Shown: positions 60,829 to 64,000 of the stretch, one piece after another
Layout: each line of letters starts with the position of its first letter
Position numbering within the stretch: position 1 is the stretch's first letter
NCBI GenBank assembly: GCA_043228905.1
Contig: JBHGNT010000001.1
Location: 30,256,001-30,320,000, forward strand
Direction of reading: 5' to 3'
Origin: Azolla caroliniana
Taxonomy: Eukaryota; Plantae; Polypodiophyta
Length of the DNA stretch: 64,000 nucleotides
Made by a program: the position numbers and the translations under genes
Notes under the pieces: model-generated
What the model was told of the DNA's origin: nothing
Databases searched by the model: none
What the model saw: the letters and a program-made list of their open reading frames with translations, nothing else

Positions 60829-62640
60829 TGTCGTGAAGATCCGTCACTACGCGCGGATCGTGAGGCGGAACCGCCGGGGTTCTGGACCAGAAGGATTTAG
60901 AGTCGATACAAGCTTTGGCGAGAAAGTACTTAAGATAGATTGGGAAAGAGAGAAGATGAGATTACACGATTGATTTCAAAACGAATTTCTTCCTCCTAAT
61001 TTTCATAAAAAAACCCCTCTTTTTCTCCTCCCCCTTCCCTCTTTTATAGATGCTCTCATGCATATGATGCATGTGAGGGTACAAGACATGCATAAATTGC
61101 ATGTTTGCCATTTGGCGCTTAAGTATTACATGTGGTGCATGCTAACCATGTCACTCATTTTAGCTCTCATGTATGAGAATTTACATGTAAAATTACAATG
61201 ATAGAAATATAATTTCAACTAAATACTATGGCTTAATGGTAAGCCATTTGACTCCTAACTTGGAGGTGCAAGGTTTGAATCCACACTTGCCCTCCTTGTA
61301 TATGTAAGTATGTAAATATATTTATATATTTATTTTATCTAGTCGCCGGTTTGCCGGATGTCGCCACCGGATGCCGGTGCCGCCGCCGACGCCGGACGCC
61401 GCCGCCGGATGCCGACGCCGCCACCTGATACCGACGCCGGATACCGGTGCTGCCGTCGGATGCCGCCGCCGGATGCCGATGCCGANNNNNNNNNNNNNNN
61501 NNNNNNNNNNNNNNNNNNNNNNNNNNNNNNNNNNNNNNNNNNNNNNNNNNNNNNNNNNNNNNNNNNNNNNNNNNNNNNNNNNNNNAATCGATTTTTTCAT
61601 GGTGGCTCCCCAAGGCTCAACCATGTATGTTCACGTCATGAATAGTTTATACACACAAAAAATGTTAACAATAAACTATGTTTCTGTGCCCACATGTGTG
61701 GTTGGGCACATGTGTGGTTTTGGCTCTTTAAGTCCTTTCTCGCCAAAGCTTGTATCGACTCTAAATCCTTCTGGTCCAGAACCCCGGCGGTTCCGCCTCA
61801 CGATCCGCGCGTAGTGACGGATCTTCACGACAACGTTAATTCCCCTCTAGACGTATGAGATGAGGTTCAAGATCAGGTTACTATGGTAACACAAAGGTGT
61901 TTTAAAAACCATGGGGGTGACAAATAAATGTCTTTCCCTTATCTCTATATCGATTTTTTCATGGTGGCTCCCCAAGGCTCAACCATGTATGTTCACGTCA
62001 TGAATAGTTTATACACACAAAAAATGTTAACAATAAACTATGTTTCTGTGCCCACATGTGTGGTTGGGCACATGTGTGGTTTTGGCTTTTAAGTCCTATT
62101 ACGAGGACCCCGAACTACACTTAGACCTCAAGTCTACACATGTGTTATAGTCATATGTATCAACGATGTTGTATGGTCTTGGTCATATTTGAACTCGAGA
62201 CCTCGAGAACAAATGCATTAAACATTTGAGCCAACCAAGTAAGTTGATCTCCATCGCCGGTCCGGTTTTGGTTGGCCAAAACCCTTTTCAAGTAGCTAGC
62301 CACCTCCACTCTAAGTTCAAGTTACCTTGAACTCTCTATGCTCCACACATAGACACAAAGATAATATCTTTTGCTCCACCTTATATATGATGAGAGCCGT
62401 ATTTGTCGTGCCTATGTGGGATATCTCACAATTTTCTCTTTTCTTTTCACAAACTTTATACCCTCATATCTTGACATTTAGTTGTCCATTTCTCGTGTAA
62501 TAAAGTGCATTCGAAACCTCCATCATTTTGTACTTTAGATATTAAAAATGTTATCTTCACAATTATTGTATTACATGATTCATACTCGATTTTGTACGTT
62601 TTATGGGATTTTCACACTATTGCCGAAAATCTTCACGACA
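60829..62640 (-). repeat. 3' LTR of the rightmost Ty3/gypsy element (interrupted by a gap and an inverted duplication)
   Basis: Starts tgtcgtgaaga on the minus strand at 62640, right after PPT ggtgggggtgga. Ends tcttcacgaca at 60829 (11-bp inverted termini). Contains GC-rich gccgccggat repeats at 61342-61485. Confidence 0.75.
61486..61585. other. Assembly gap (100 N)
   Basis: Run of N. Confidence 1.
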
Positions 62641-62712
62641 TCCACCCCCACCAAACCGCACGTCCTCCGGTACGTGCCAAGAAGAGAAGAAGTGAGATTT
62701 CGGCTACGATGA

Positions 62713-64000
62713 TCAATTAGATTCCTCCATGTCTTCATTTTCATCTGGCCTATTATGTTCATCGTCGAGGTAATCGAGGTCAGGATCCTTGTCTTGTCTT
62801 TTCTTGAAAAGCTTTACTCTTTTTCCCGCAATGGGTACGACCAACCTTGATCCGTCTAGTTCCGCAAGGTGGTATGTGGCATTATCGTTGGCACTTGTCA
62901 CCACATACGGCCCGAACCATCTTCTTGCGAACTTCCTTGTTGTACTATGTTGATTGTCAAGGGTGCTGTCGTAGACCAAAACCCAATCCCCTTCTTCAAT
63001 CTTCTTGGGACGAAGTCGATGCGTGTTGTCGAACCGAACTTTGTTCTTTACTCGGGCTGCCTTCATCATCTTTCGCGCTTTTTCTAAATCTTCAGGTCTT
63101 CTTTCAAGTTGCCTTATCCGCGCCGCTAATAACTCTTCTCGGCTCATCTCGTTCTCCCACGGTATCGCTACCCATGAGGCGATCGTCCTTTCGATGGGCA
63201 TAATCGGCTTTTGTCCATACATAAGCTCCGTCGGCATATACCCTGTCACCGAGCTATGTGTCGTTCTATCGGCCCACAAGGCATAGGGTAATAGTCGTGG
63301 CCAATTCCCGACTCGACCGTTGCATGCCCGTACGATGGCTTTAACGATAGGTCCATGCCCTCGCTCGATCTTCCCATTTGCTTCCGGATTGTAGGCAGTC
63401 GTGAGGGAGAGCTTCACGCCTAGTCTTTCGAAGAGCTCCGTCGCTTCGTGCGCGTCCAACTCCCCTCGGTCGGCCACTATCTTCCCTACACATCCATATC
63501 GGCAAACAACATCTTCAAGTAGAAATTTGCAAACGGCTGAAGTCGTCTTATTTGTCAAGGCTCGTCCTTCCACTTGATTTGTCAAGTCTTCCCTTGCGAG
63601 CGCTAAGTACTTCATTTGTCCCACTCCCATTGGCATCGAGACCAGATCCACCATCCATTTGAAATGAATGGTGAGTGGGTATGTCGGCTTTAACTCATCA
63701 CGATGACGTATATTTGAATATACTTGGCAAGTTTCGCATGTGGACACGAAATGGAGTACATCTTTGTACATGCTTGGCCACCAGTACTTCTCCTTCAACT
63801 TTTCAAACGTCGCCCATGTTCCTCTATGACCTGCCCAAGCACTCTCGTGGAATTCGGTCATTAACGTCTCTTGCTCTTCTTTCTTTACCACCACTCGACG
63901 TGGTATTCCTGTCCTTCTTTTTGGATGTCGCCAAAGGAATCCTCCCTTCAAGAAGTATCGGTAAGCTTTCTTTCGGATTTGTAGGGCCTCCTCCTTTGTC
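62713..64000 (-). CDS. Ty3/gypsy pol C-terminus: intact integrase without chromodomain (continues beyond the window)
   Basis: H2C2 zinc finger HESAWAGH...CETC; D-D-E in MVDLV, VADRG and NGKIERGH; GPY motif RWFGPYVV. Uninterrupted frame to the stop at 62713. Confidence 0.93.
   Translation of the reverse strand, partial: TKEEALQIRKKAYRYFLKGGFLWRHPKRRTGIPRRVVVKKEEQETLMTEFHESAWAGHRGTWATFEKLKEKYWWPSMYKDVLHFVSTCETCQVYSNIRHRDELKPTYPLTIHFKWMVDLVSMPMGVGQMKYLALAREDLTNQVEGRALTNKTTSAVCKFLLEDVVCRYGCVGKIVADRGELDAHEATELFERLGVKLSLTTAYNPEANGKIERGHGPIVKAIVRACNGRVGNWPRLLPYALWADRTTHSSVTGYMPTELMYGQKPIMPIERTIASWVAIPWENEMSREELLAARIRQLERRPEDLEKARKMMKAARVKNKVRFDNTHRLRPKKIEEGDWVLVYDSTLDNQHSTTRKFARRWFGPYVVTSANDNATYHLAELDGSRLVVPIAGKRVKLFKKRQDKDPDLDYLDDEHNRPDENEDMEESN

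Noticed and set aside
61322-61814. ORFs crossing the N gap
   Set aside because: Artefacts of the GC-rich repeat plus Ns.

Overview
Eukaryotic, land-plant nuclear DNA (spliceosomal GT-AG introns, AT-rich). A non-seed plant (lycophyte or fern) is plausible from the Tcn1-like chromovirus, but that is inference. The left part holds three intact spliced genes: an LPEAT1-like lysophospholipid acyltransferase (-), a DUF1640/FMP32-MCUR1-like coiled-coil protein (+) and a GDSL esterase/lipase (-). Next is a heavily decayed, intron-containing calcium-dependent protein kinase (CDPK) pseudogene (~22.6-30.2 kb, -). It is almost invisible in the ORF track, carries many local tandem duplications, and is interrupted by a 5'-truncated Ty1/copia element flanked by a 20-bp direct repeat. 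The middle is a graveyard of 5'-truncated LINE-type insertions (three with clean 17-19 bp TSDs), a MITE and tRNA-derived SINE-like heads, around one intact two-exon family-1 UDP-glycosyltransferase whose PSPG box ends in Arg instead of Gln/His. The right 11 kb is a nest of LTR retrotransposons: a Tcn1-like chromovirus; a solo LTR carrying a 1.2-kb AT satellite; a second, short-LTR copy of that family with a Met-tRNA PBS and a hairpin array; and an intact-looking Ty3/gypsy integrase with its 3' LTR, which spans a 100-N gap and an inverted duplication. I found no convincing multi-gene novel system. The best leads are the UGT PSPG variant, the aberrant copia integration, tRNA-like Pol III cassettes in LTR elements, and arrays of duplicated splice-site motifs. 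All coordinates were read by eye and may be off by a few bases.
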